Shown: positions 37,784-47,351 of the stretch, piece after piece
Layout of the letters: each line of letters opens with the position of its first letter
Numbering within the stretch: position 1 is the first letter of the stretch
Assembly (NCBI GenBank): GCA_018714445.1
Contig: DVNK01000063.1
Coordinates: forward strand, 5,976 to 69,975
Length of the DNA stretch: 64,000 nucleotides
Source: Candidatus Fimadaptatus faecigallinarum
Lineage (GTDB): Bacteria; Bacillota; Clostridia; Christensenellales; Aristaeellaceae
Direction of reading: 5' to 3'
Program-made: the position numbers and the translations under genes
The notes under the pieces: generated by a model
Database searches by the model: none
Told to the model about the DNA's origin: nothing
What the model saw: only the letters and a program-made list of their open reading frames with translations

Positions 37784-39490
37784 TCACGCGGTCTCTATCG
37801 CCGCGGCATCCTCCAGATGCAGATCGTGCACCGCCATCTCGCGCAGCTTGAACTTCTGTATCTTGCCGCTGGCAGTCATCGGGAAGGTGTCCACGAACAG
37901 CACGTAATGCGGCGCCTTGAAGCGGCTCAGGCCCTGCTTTACGAAGTCTATGAGCTCCTGTTCGGTCGCAGAGCCCTTCTCCTTGAGCACGACGTATGCG
38001 CAGACTTCCTCGCCGTACTTCTTGTCGGGCACGCCCACAACCTGCACGTCGCTGACCTTGGGATTGGTGTAGAGGAACTCCTCTATCTCGCGGGGGTAGA
38101 TGTTCTCGCCGCCGCGGATTATCATGTCCTTGAGCCGGCCGGTGATCTTGAAGTAGCCGTTGTCGTCCATGGTGCCTATGTCGCCGGTATGCAGCCAGCC
38201 TTCCTCGTCTATCGCCTGGCGAGTGGCTTCGGGCATCTTGTAGTAGCCGCGCATCAGGTGATATCCGCGCGTGCAGATCTCGCCCGGCACGCCGTGAGGC
38301 TGTTCGCGGCCGGTCTCGGGATCGATTATCTTGCCCTCGCAATGCGGCAGCAGGCGGCCCACCGTAGTCACGCGCAGCTCAAGCGGATCGGTCTTGCGGC
38401 TCATCGTCATGCCCGGCGAGCACTCGGTCTGACCATAGGTTATGACGATGTCGCGCATGTTCATCTCGTTGACGACGCGGCGCATGTAGTTTATCGGGCA
38501 CGGCGAACCCGCCATTATGCCGGTGCGCATGTGGCTCAGGTCAAACGACTTGAAGTCGGGGTGCTCGAGGTAGCCAATGAACATCGTAGGCACGCCGTGC
38601 ACAGCGGTGCAATGCTCGTCCTGGAGTATCTTGAGCACGCGGCCGGGGTTGTACAGATCGACGAACACCATCGTCGAACCATGCGTCAGGCAGGACTCCA
38701 CGCCCAGCACGCACCCGAAGCAATGGAACAGCGGCACCACTATGCACAACCGGTCCTCGGGCGTCAACTCCATGCAGTCGCCTATGCCCTGACCGTTGTT
38801 GGTTACATTGTAGTGCGTGAGCATGACGCCCTTGGGGAACCCGGTCGTGCCCGAGGTGTACTGCATGTTCACGACGTCCTGAGGCGTCAGCGACGTGGTG
38901 CGGGCCTGGTATTCCGCCTCGCTGACTTTATCGGCCATGGCGTATATGTCCTCGAAGTTATAGAAACCCTTGGGCGTATCCGCGCGCTCGCCGATGTATA
39001 CCAGGTTCTTCAGGTAGGGCAGGCGCTTGTTGTCCAGCGCGCCGGGCTCGGTTTCGTCAAGCCCCGGGCACAGCCCGCGCACATGCTCGACGTAGTTGTT
39101 GCCCTTGCACTCGCCTATCATGATGAGCGTCTGGGTGTCGGACTGGCGCAGCAGATACTCCAACTCAAACTGTTTGTAGTTGGTGTTGACCGTCACGAGT
39201 ATCGCGCCCATCTTGGCCGCCGCAAAGAACGTTATTATCCATTCGGGCACGTTGGTCGCCCATATGGCCACCTTGTCCTCCTTTTGGATGCCCATCGCCA
39301 TGAAGCCGCGCGCGACGCGGTCAGTCAGCTCGTCAAACTGCTTCCAGGTCCAGCGCTTGGCGCCCTGCGGGTATACCACGCACTCGTTGTCGGGTATCTC
39401 GCGCGCCCACTTGCGCAGCAGGTCGCCTATCGTCACGCTCATAAGCGGGCGCACATACTCTTCAGGCTGCATGTTATTTTCCTTATCCAT
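37784..39490 (-). CDS. AMP-dependent acyl-CoA synthetase (ANL superfamily, ACSF2/YngI-like medium-chain type)
   Basis: 568 aa with the AMP-binding signature YTSGTTGFPKGV, plus TGDIGTMDDNGYFKITGRLKD and GKIQKF. RBS AAAGGAGAGG. Confidence 0.92.
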   Translation of the reverse strand: MDKENNMQPEEYVRPLMSVTIGDLLRKWAREIPDNECVVYPQGAKRWTWKQFDELTDRVARGFMAMGIQKEDKVAIWATNVPEWIITFFAAAKMGAILVTVNTNYKQFELEYLLRQSDTQTLIMIGECKGNNYVEHVRGLCPGLDETEPGALDNKRLPYLKNLVYIGERADTPKGFYNFEDIYAMADKVSEAEYQARTTSLTPQDVVNMQYTSGTTGFPKGVMLTHYNVTNNGQGIGDCMELTPEDRLCIVVPLFHCFGCVLGVESCLTHGSTMVFVDLYNPGRVLKILQDEHCTAVHGVPTMFIGYLEHPDFKSFDLSHMRTGIMAGSPCPINYMRRVVNEMNMRDIVITYGQTECSPGMTMSRKTDPLELRVTTVGRLLPHCEGKIIDPETGREQPHGVPGEICTRGYHLMRGYYKMPEATRQAIDEEGWLHTGDIGTMDDNGYFKITGRLKDMIIRGGENIYPREIEEFLYTNPKVSDVQVVGVPDKKYGEEVCAYVVLKEKGSATEQELIDFVKQGLSRFKAPHYVLFVDTFPMTASGKIQKFKLREMAVHDLHLEDAAAIETA

Positions 39491-39535
39491 CCGGCACCTC
39501 TCCTTTAAATCCTACTGCTTGACCTGCGCGGCAAA

Positions 39536-39780
39536 TAAAAAAGCCTTTCATCTCTAATCAGAGACGAAAGGCTGAAGCCTTGCGCGGTACCACTCTGCTT
39601 GGGACATGCGTCCCAGCTCATACAGGCTCGCGGGACAATATCCCTAAGCCCTGATCCGATAACGGGGACCAGCCGCAGTTTTCTGTGCTCCGGAGCGAGC
39701 TTCAGCGCCCTTGAAGTACCGCCTCACACCAAACGGCGGCTCTCTGAACCCCTAATGCGCCTACTGTTCTCCATCAATGC
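39536..39780 (-). promoter_or_regulatory. T-box leader riboswitch, specifier CUC (Leu)
   Basis: Minus strand shows GATGGAGAAC-AGTA, the AG bulge AGAGAG, the distal loop TTTGGTGTGA, the specifier loop GAA-G-CUC-G (CUC at 39697-39699), the T-box AGAGTGGTACCGCG (39583-39596), and a terminator hairpin with U6 (39537-39572). Confidence 0.8.
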
Positions 39781-39818
39781 AATATGTTCAAACGCGCGCT
39801 GCGCACTTGATTGGAATA

Positions 39819-39847
39819 ATTATACGTATACCGCCGCCCGCTGTCAA
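39819..39847 (-). promoter_or_regulatory. consensus sigma-A promoter driving the Leu T-box leader
   Basis: Minus strand reads TTGACA, a 17-nt spacer, then TATAAT exactly. Confidence 0.65.
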
Positions 39848-39911
39848 GTGTGATTCCATCTTTTAACAATCCTCAAATCAACTCGTAAAACAACGTCCCG
39901 CCGCGCACGAG

Positions 39912-39940
39912 TTGACAAACCTCACGCTTTAACATATAAT
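39912..39940 (+). promoter_or_regulatory. consensus sigma-A promoter of the DUF2974 gene
   Basis: TTGACA (39912-39917), a 17-nt spacer, then TATAAT (39935-39940). Confidence 0.65.
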
Positions 39941-40003
39941 CGATTCAAATCCGGGCGCGGCGCGCTCCGAAGGAGGCTGATTGCGGCGAACATACTCGAC
40001 TAC

Positions 40004-41083
40004 ATGTACTGGCGTGGCGATGTGCCGTTGACCGTGGCGCCGTTCAACGCGGTCGACAACCTGGTGCTGTCACAGCTGGCCTACACCAGCTTTGACGGCG
40101 TAAAGCGCGACCGGCTGGGCGCCATGGCGCGCGCAAGGCTGCGGCCCGGCGACGTGCAGGGCAACGACCGGCAATTGCTCGAGTTGCTGGCCACGTCGCG
40201 CCGGCTGGGCGTTGCACGCGTGCGGCGCGCGGTCGAGCAGCTGGACGAGGAGCGTCAGATGCAGTTCGGCGCGCTGACGCTTGAGCTGGACGACGGCACC
40301 GCCTGCGTGGTATTCCGCGGCACCGACGCGACGCTGATAGGCTGGAAGGAAGATCTGAACATGTCGTTCGCCGACGAGATACCATCCCAGGCCGAGGCGG
40401 TGCGCTACTTAAACGACAGCACGCGCGATACCCGCAGGCCGCTACGCGTGATGGGCCACTCCAAAGGCGGCAACCTTGCGGTATATTCGTCGGTCAAGTG
40501 CCGGCCCGAAGTGCGCCGACGCATAATCGCAGTGTACAATAATGACGGTCCGGGCCTGAGCGAGCGCGCAATGGCCGAGCCGGGCTACGCGCGCATTGAA
40601 CGCCGCATACAGACGTTTCTGCCGCAGTCGTCGGTCGTGGGCATACTGCTGGGCACGGCCGAGCGCTACAAAGTCGTGCACGCCGAGGGCACGCTGGGCA
40701 TCGTCCAGCACGACCCATACGCCTGGCAGGTCCGGCGCGGCTGCTTTGAGTATGAACCCGGGCTCCGGCGCACAAGCCTGCTGGTCGACCGCACGATACG
40801 CGACTGGTTGGGAGGCATGACGCCCGAACGCCGCAAGGAGTTCGTCGACGCGGTGTACGATGTGCTCCATGCCACAAACGCCCGCACGCTGGACGAAATC
40901 GCCGCTGCATGGCCGCGCAATTCCATGGCGATCATATCCGCGCTGAGCCAGCTCGATCCCGAAAAGCGCCGTCATGTCCACGCCGCAATCGGCGGACTTA
41001 TATCCGCTTACGCGCGCAACAGATTCGCTCCCGGCGATGACAGCGCCACAAAACCCGATGAAACCACGCCGCCCGAAAAGTGA
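40004..41083 (+). CDS. DUF2974 (Mbeg1-like) alpha/beta hydrolase family protein
   Basis: 359 aa from the first ATG, with the nucleophile elbow GHSKGGN. The family-typical N-terminus (..NILDY.YWRGD) appears to extend upstream to an ATT at 39980, next to AGGAGG. Confidence 0.85.
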   Translation: MYWRGDVPLTVAPFNAVDNLVLSQLAYTSFDGVKRDRLGAMARARLRPGDVQGNDRQLLELLATSRRLGVARVRRAVEQLDEERQMQFGALTLELDDGTACVVFRGTDATLIGWKEDLNMSFADEIPSQAEAVRYLNDSTRDTRRPLRVMGHSKGGNLAVYSSVKCRPEVRRRIIAVYNNDGPGLSERAMAEPGYARIERRIQTFLPQSSVVGILLGTAERYKVVHAEGTLGIVQHDPYAWQVRRGCFEYEPGLRRTSLLVDRTIRDWLGGMTPERRKEFVDAVYDVLHATNARTLDEIAAAWPRNSMAIISALSQLDPEKRRHVHAAIGGLISAYARNRFAPGDDSATKPDETTPPEK

Positions 41084-41283
41084 CGCGCCGTCGGGATTTG
41101 CGCCCGCATTCACAGCTGCAATCCGAAGTTTCAGGACATCTGCGCTGCAATTTCTGGATTTGCAAAACTGCGCCAGGCGTTTCAGCAAGCCACGTATTAG
41201 CAACATCGGCGGCATAAAATGGCCCTATCTAACCTGTTTAGAGCGTCGATTATGTCGCGTTTTCACAGAATTTTTCAGGACTC

Positions 41284-41312
41284 TTGCGCCACAATTGCGC
41301 ATGTGCTATAAT
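41284..41312 (+). promoter_or_regulatory. orphan sigma-A promoter (no CDS downstream)
   Basis: TTGCGC, a 17-nt spacer, then TGcTATAAT (extended -10). Confidence 0.45.
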
Positions 41313-41497
41313 GCAACTGCAATGAGGGCAACGCACCGGCCCGCACGCCTGAAGGCCGTCTGCGCCAGCTTTTGGATATGCGCGACATTCTCATTGCATT
41401 TTACCCATCCCTTCCAGCGCATGTCCTATTCCGGTCCGCCTGCGGCTGTACCGCCGCGGGCCACAATTTTTTTACTCCGCTTTGAAGATAAAACCAA

Positions 41498-41531
41498 GCC
41501 GCCGCCCACCATTGCTGTAGTGGGCGGCGGC
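41498..41531. terminator. strong bidirectional-looking terminator hairpin
   Basis: 12-bp perfect stem GCCGCCGCCCAC-10 nt-GTGGGCGGCGGC. T-rich flank on the minus strand (TTGGTTTTATCTT) and TTT on the plus strand. Lies 19 nt beyond the stop of the 41550..42785 gene. Confidence 0.65.
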
Positions 41532-41549
41532 TTTAACCTTGCCGTTATG

Positions 41550-42785
41550 TCAGTTGGCGCTGTCCGTATCAGTAGCATCGGCTGCGTCAGCACTGTCGGT
41601 CGTACCAGTGCCGTCCGTCGTATCAGCGCCGTCAGCCGCATCAGCGCCATCTGTCGCGCCGGTGCCGTCGGTCGTGCCGGCCTCATCGCCGGTCACGTCC
41701 ACATCTACCGGGTTGGATTCGCTCCAGCTCAGCGTGGTGCCCGAGAGCTGGCCCGCGCGCGAGTATTCCAGCGCGTATTCTATATCGGGCTGCATCTGCG
41801 CCTTTACCAGGTAGAGCGCTTCCTCAAAGTCGAGCTTGACGCCCGCAAGCGCGGTTATCACGTCGCCCGCCTGCAATCCGGCGCGCGCACAGCTGCCGCC
41901 TTCGCCGACCTCTACCAGGTACAGTCCGCACGGCAGGCCATACTTGGCGCTCTCGTATTCAAATATGTACTCCACCTTCGCGCCCAGCGCAAAGCGCGAT
42001 GCGAGCGTATCCTGTTCGGCGGTGCGATTGAGCATCGCAATCGCCTCCTGGCTGGCCGACGTGCCGGTACTTGAGCCGTCGCTGCCCACCCATACGAAAT
42101 ACCGCTCGGGCACTATCAGCATCTGCGAACCCGCCTGATAGCAGTAGAGCGACGCCTCGACGCGGCTCACTCCGGTATACGCGCTCAGGTCAAACGCGCT
42201 CACGCCGCGCAGGTTGACCGTCTCGCCGCAGCCTATCGCTATGTCGCTGTACTTTGCGAACTTGGGCTCGCTGCCTATCGCTGAAGCATCCGTGCCCATC
42301 GCGGAAAGCTCCACGCCGTTTGCGTCATAGCAGCGGTAAATCACGCTCAAAAACGTTATGTCGGCCTCCTGGGGGTTGTACACCTCCACGCTGAACACCG
42401 GCCGGCCTTCATACTGTTCCAGCGTCACCGAGCGGATGACCGGCGGTTGCGCCGCGCGTGCCTGCGCGGTCTGCGCAAAGGCCATCTGTTGCGTCTGCGC
42501 CGTGGCAACTTCCGAATTGCCCAGTCCATGCTGCGCGTTGAACAACTGCACCGCCCGGGCCATGCCCGGCCCAAACATGTCGTCCACGCTGGATGTATAG
42601 TACCCCAGATCCGCCAGACGCTGCATCAGCGCCTGCACATCCTCGCCGTCCGAGCCGCGCTCGAGCGTCCGGTACTCAGTCTGCACGTCGGTCTGCTCGC
42701 CGGTCTGAGCCGCCGCACCGTCGGCCAGCGCCCCCACCGGTATCAGCGCCAGCAACACGAGCGCCAGCAGCAATATCCTCTTCAT
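41550..42785 (-). CDS. secreted protein with peptidoglycan-binding (PG_binding_1) and PDZ domains and an acidic T/D/G/A-rich C-terminal tail
   Basis: Start refined to the signal peptide MKRILLLALVLLALIPVGALA after AAGGGGGTG. PG-binding motif GEDVQALMQRLADLGYY and PDZ motif GLQAGDVITALAG. Confidence 0.8.
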   Translation of the reverse strand: MKRILLLALVLLALIPVGALADGAAAQTGEQTDVQTEYRTLERGSDGEDVQALMQRLADLGYYTSSVDDMFGPGMARAVQLFNAQHGLGNSEVATAQTQQMAFAQTAQARAAQPPVIRSVTLEQYEGRPVFSVEVYNPQEADITFLSVIYRCYDANGVELSAMGTDASAIGSEPKFAKYSDIAIGCGETVNLRGVSAFDLSAYTGVSRVEASLYCYQAGSQMLIVPERYFVWVGSDGSSTGTSASQEAIAMLNRTAEQDTLASRFALGAKVEYIFEYESAKYGLPCGLYLVEVGEGGSCARAGLQAGDVITALAGVKLDFEEALYLVKAQMQPDIEYALEYSRAGQLSGTTLSWSESNPVDVDVTGDEAGTTDGTGATDGADAADGADTTDGTGTTDSADAADATDTDSAN

Positions 42786-42968
42786 CAACGAACACCCCCT
42801 TGTGATACGCCACATTATATTGCATTTATGCTCCGCTGTCAAGGATGACCGCGCGCGCTCCACCGCCGGCGCCAAATGCGCCGTTTACGCCCAAATACCG
42901 CGCATCCGGCGCGCTGCCGTCTACAAAAATGGGGCGGCTGATCGCCACCCCCATAAACTGCCGGTTGC

Positions 42969-43961
42969 TCAGCCTACCGCCGCTTCTGTGGTTATCTCGC
43001 AGACCAGCGTGTCATACTGCACATAGCACAGTATCGTTATCTCATCATAGCCGGTGTAGCGGAAGCTGAAGTCGGTGCCGGCGTTGTAATCGGTCACTAT
43101 CGCATCGGACGAGCTTTCAACATAGCTTTCCGAATACTTTTTGCCGTAGGTATGCTTGTCGATGATCTCGATATCGTCCATGTTCTTTATCGCCAGCCAT
43201 ATCGACGAGGCAACCTGCGCCACGCCGCCGCCCACGACCTTGACGCCCCGGCCATTTACCGCGGTTTCATAGCCGTTGGACGAGGTGCGCGGACCCACCA
43301 GGTCGTTGAACGAGAACACATCGTTGTGTCCAAGCGTCGTGCCGTTTATGGCGTCGGCCGCAAGCTTGATGTTGTTGCGCTTTGCATTGGTGCCATAGAT
43401 GCTGGTCGTGCCATAGCCGGCTATCGCGCTGGACTCGTCTATCGATACGCGCAGTTCGCCGTCGTCCAGCCAGGCGTATATCGTCAGCGTACGGCCCGTA
43501 TAATTTGTAAATGCAAAGTCAGTGCCGCTCTGCCAGTCCACAACCACGGCGTCATCGCCGCTGGACACATAGTCGCCGGTATACCGGTCGCCGTAGGTGC
43601 TCAGCTCGTCGATGTACACTCCGCTTATGCCGCGCACCGCCAGGTACAGCGTCGCCGCCACCTGACCCGTGCCGCCGCCGTAGACCTTGACCCCGCGACC
43701 GTTGAGCGCGCTCTCATAGCCGCGCTCCTTGGAGCGGTCGCCCACCACGTGGTTAAACGAGAACTGCTCGCCGTCCACAAGCGTATAACCGCTTATCGCG
43801 CCCGCCGCGCGCTCTATGTTGCGCACGCGCGCGCCCGACGACTCCACGTCCGTCGCCGCATAGCCGCTCGCCGCCAGCGCGCCCGACGCCGGCAGCGCCA
43901 GCGCCATAACCATGACCAGCACCAGCGCCGCACTTATGAGTTGGCGAATGCCCTTTAACAT
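42969..43961 (-). CDS. VanW family protein (two VanW-like repeats), exported
   Basis: Start refined to MLKGIRQLISAALVLVMVMALALPASG after GGGGGAG. The motif F.FN..VG.R....GY..A.NGRGVKV.GGG.(A)QVA.. occurs twice. Confidence 0.85.
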   Translation of the reverse strand: MLKGIRQLISAALVLVMVMALALPASGALAASGYAATDVESSGARVRNIERAAGAISGYTLVDGEQFSFNHVVGDRSKERGYESALNGRGVKVYGGGTGQVAATLYLAVRGISGVYIDELSTYGDRYTGDYVSSGDDAVVVDWQSGTDFAFTNYTGRTLTIYAWLDDGELRVSIDESSAIAGYGTTSIYGTNAKRNNIKLAADAINGTTLGHNDVFSFNDLVGPRTSSNGYETAVNGRGVKVVGGGVAQVASSIWLAIKNMDDIEIIDKHTYGKKYSESYVESSSDAIVTDYNAGTDFSFRYTGYDEITILCYVQYDTLVCEITTEAAVG

Positions 43962-44187
43962 GATATCTCCCCCCTGATGACTCATTTGCTGCTGCCAGCT
44001 TATGCCTATTTGACGCAACTTCACATTAACAGGTTTCACATCCGGACAATTTATATGATACTTTTTTCAATTCGCACTAAGCGCGCCCAATTTCTGATAG
44101 ACATTTAACAATTTTTAACCGTAAATGTCTTTGGACAACCACTACGGTACTTGTACTTTTTACTGGTTTGCGGTAAAATATAGTTGA

Positions 44188-45288
<1,101 letters not shown>

Positions 45289-45333
45289 TTGGCGCACGGG
45301 CGCTGGCCTGATTAAACTCATACAATAAAGCGG

Positions 45334-45374
45334 CAGCGCCACACGCCCGATATTCGAGCTGTGGCGCTGTTTTT
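45334..45374 (+). terminator. intrinsic terminator after gap
   Basis: Hairpin CAGCGCCACA-16 nt-TGTGGCGCTG followed by TTTTT. Confidence 0.7.
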
Positions 45375-45442
45375 CGCGCAAACCATACGCCCTTGCGCTT
45401 CAAAGGCGCGCAGGGCTACAATCTAAGCGGAGGGATTCACTG

Positions 45443-46465
45443 ATGAGCATTCTGGTAACCGGTGGCGCCGGATACATTGGCTCCCATACCTGCGTGGAGC
45501 TGCTCAACGCGGGCTACGACGTGGTCGTCGTGGACAACTATTATAACAGCAAGCCCGAGGCGCTCAATCGCGTAAAGAAAATAACCGGCAAGACTTTTGA
45601 TGCCTATGATGTCGACTGCTGCGACGAAGCGGCGATGGACAAGGTGTTCACCAACCATACTATCGATGCAGTCATACATTTCGCCGGCTACAAGGCCGTG
45701 GGCGAATCCACTCAGAAGCCGCTCGAATACTACGACAACAACCTCAATTCAACGCTCACGCTGTGCCGCCTGATGCGCAAGCACGGCGTCAAGAAGATCA
45801 TCTTCTCCTCGTCGGCCACGGTGTACGGCAGCCCCGAAACCGTGCCGATCAACGAGTCCTTCCCGCGCTGGTGCGCATGCCCCTACGGCTGGACCAAGTT
45901 CATGAACGAACAGATACTCATGGACGCAGCCGCCGCGATACCCGACTGGTCGGTCATACTGCTGCGCTACTTCAACCCCGTCGGCGCGCACAAGAGCGGC
46001 TTGATAGGCGAGGATCCGCAGGGCATACCCAATAACCTCACTCCCTATATAACTCAGGTCGCCATAGGCCGTCGCGATAAGCTCCACGTCTACGGCAACG
46101 ACTACCCCACCAAGGATGGCACCGGCGTGCGCGATTACATACACGTCGTCGATCTGGCCAAGGGTCACGTCGCCGCTCTGCACTACGCCGACAAGCACAC
46201 CGGTTCTATCGCGATCAACCTGGGCACCGGCATAGGCTACAGCGTGCTGGACGTAGTAAACGCCTTCTCCCGCGCGGTAGGCCGTGAGATCCCCTACGTA
46301 ATAGACGCACGCCGCCCCGGCGATATCGCCGAATGCTATGCCGATCCCACGCTGGCCAAACAGCTGCTGGGCTGGCAGGCTGAGTACACGCTGGACGATA
46401 TGTGCGCCGACGCCTGGCGCTGGCAGCAGCAAAATCCCTACGGCTACTCCGACAAGGAGGGCTAA
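45443..46465 (+). CDS. galE: UDP-glucose 4-epimerase
   Basis: 340 aa with the SDR signature VTGGAGYIGSH, a YxxxK catalytic motif (PYGWTK) and RYFNPVGAH. Confidence 0.95.
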   Translation: MSILVTGGAGYIGSHTCVELLNAGYDVVVVDNYYNSKPEALNRVKKITGKTFDAYDVDCCDEAAMDKVFTNHTIDAVIHFAGYKAVGESTQKPLEYYDNNLNSTLTLCRLMRKHGVKKIIFSSSATVYGSPETVPINESFPRWCACPYGWTKFMNEQILMDAAAAIPDWSVILLRYFNPVGAHKSGLIGEDPQGIPNNLTPYITQVAIGRRDKLHVYGNDYPTKDGTGVRDYIHVVDLAKGHVAALHYADKHTGSIAINLGTGIGYSVLDVVNAFSRAVGREIPYVIDARRPGDIAECYADPTLAKQLLGWQAEYTLDDMCADAWRWQQQNPYGYSDKEG

Positions 46466-46468
46466 GGT

Positions 46469-47269
46469 ATGAAGATTGGCTTCCTGGGCGGCGGCAACAT
46501 GGGCGGCGCACTGATGCAGGGCATATTGAAGGCTCAGTCGCCCATGTTCGAGGCGGTCATGGCTTACGACCCCTCGCCCGCATCGCGTGCGCGCCTGGAT
46601 AAGATGGGCGTGAAAACCATGGACAGCGCCCGGGCCATGTGCATCGAGTGCGACATGATAGTGCTGGCCGTAAAGCCGCAGATACTCGAAGCTGCCATTA
46701 GGCCCTGCCAGAGCGTGCTGGGCGGCAAGTTCATAGTGTCGATAGCCGCCGGTTGGACCATAGAGCGCCTCAAGAGTAAGCTGCCCACGAACATACACCT
46801 GCTGCGCGTGATGCCCAACACGCCCGCGCTGGTGGGCTGTGGCATGACCGCGCTGTGCGAGACCGACGAGCTGTCCGACACCGAGCGCGCCGCCGCCGAA
46901 GCGCTGTTTGGCTGCGTGGGCGAGTACATATGGCTGGACGAGCACTATATCGATGCGGTGACCGGCTTGTCCGGCAGCGGTCCGGCGTATGTGTATATGT
47001 TCATGGACGCACTGGCATTGGGCGGCGTGCGCATGGGCCTGCCGCGCGATGTGGCCATGAAGCTGGCGGCGCAGACCGTCAAGGGCGCCGCTGAAATGGC
47101 GCTGAGCACCGGCGCGCATCCCGACGCACTGCGCGACGCGGTGTGCTCCCCCGCCGGCACTACGATCGAAGCCGTTCGACTGCTCGAGCAGCGTGGACTG
47201 CGCCCGGCTGTTATGGACGCTGTGATATGCTGCGCCGAAAAGTCGCGCGATATGGCTGCGGGCAAGTGA
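46469..47269 (+). CDS. proC: pyrroline-5-carboxylate reductase
   Basis: 266 aa with MKIGFLGGGNMG, RVMPNTPALVG and SPAGTT motifs. Starts 3 nt after the galE stop. Confidence 0.93.
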   Translation: MKIGFLGGGNMGGALMQGILKAQSPMFEAVMAYDPSPASRARLDKMGVKTMDSARAMCIECDMIVLAVKPQILEAAIRPCQSVLGGKFIVSIAAGWTIERLKSKLPTNIHLLRVMPNTPALVGCGMTALCETDELSDTERAAAEALFGCVGEYIWLDEHYIDAVTGLSGSGPAYVYMFMDALALGGVRMGLPRDVAMKLAAQTVKGAAEMALSTGAHPDALRDAVCSPAGTTIEAVRLLEQRGLRPAVMDAVICCAEKSRDMAAGK

Positions 47270-47351
47270 CCACGGCATGAAGCAAGCGGCGCATACGGTG
47301 TACTGTCAACCGTATGCGCCGCTAAATTTTGATTTGTATTGGAGTTAGACG

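Noticed and set aside
37676-39508. 610-aa plus-strand ORF opposite the acyl-CoA synthetase. Similar long shadow ORFs lie at 3637..5391, 7337..8941, 8295..9479, 31031..32797, 59026..60699, 45749..47278, 44077..45381 and 40974..42074.
   Set aside because: Each is antisense to, or out of frame with, a CDS that has clear family motifs and a good RBS. Their products are Arg/His/Ala/Gln-rich and lack the ATA-rich, G/C-ending codon pattern of real genes here.
41318-41534. Assigning the candidate sRNA to 6S RNA, SRP RNA, RNase P or tmRNA
   Set aside because: None of the conserved signatures is visible: no SRP domain IV GGAAG/AGCA loops, no RNase P GAGGAAAGTCC, no tmRNA tag ORF, and no end-to-end 6S closing stem. 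It stays an unclassified candidate.
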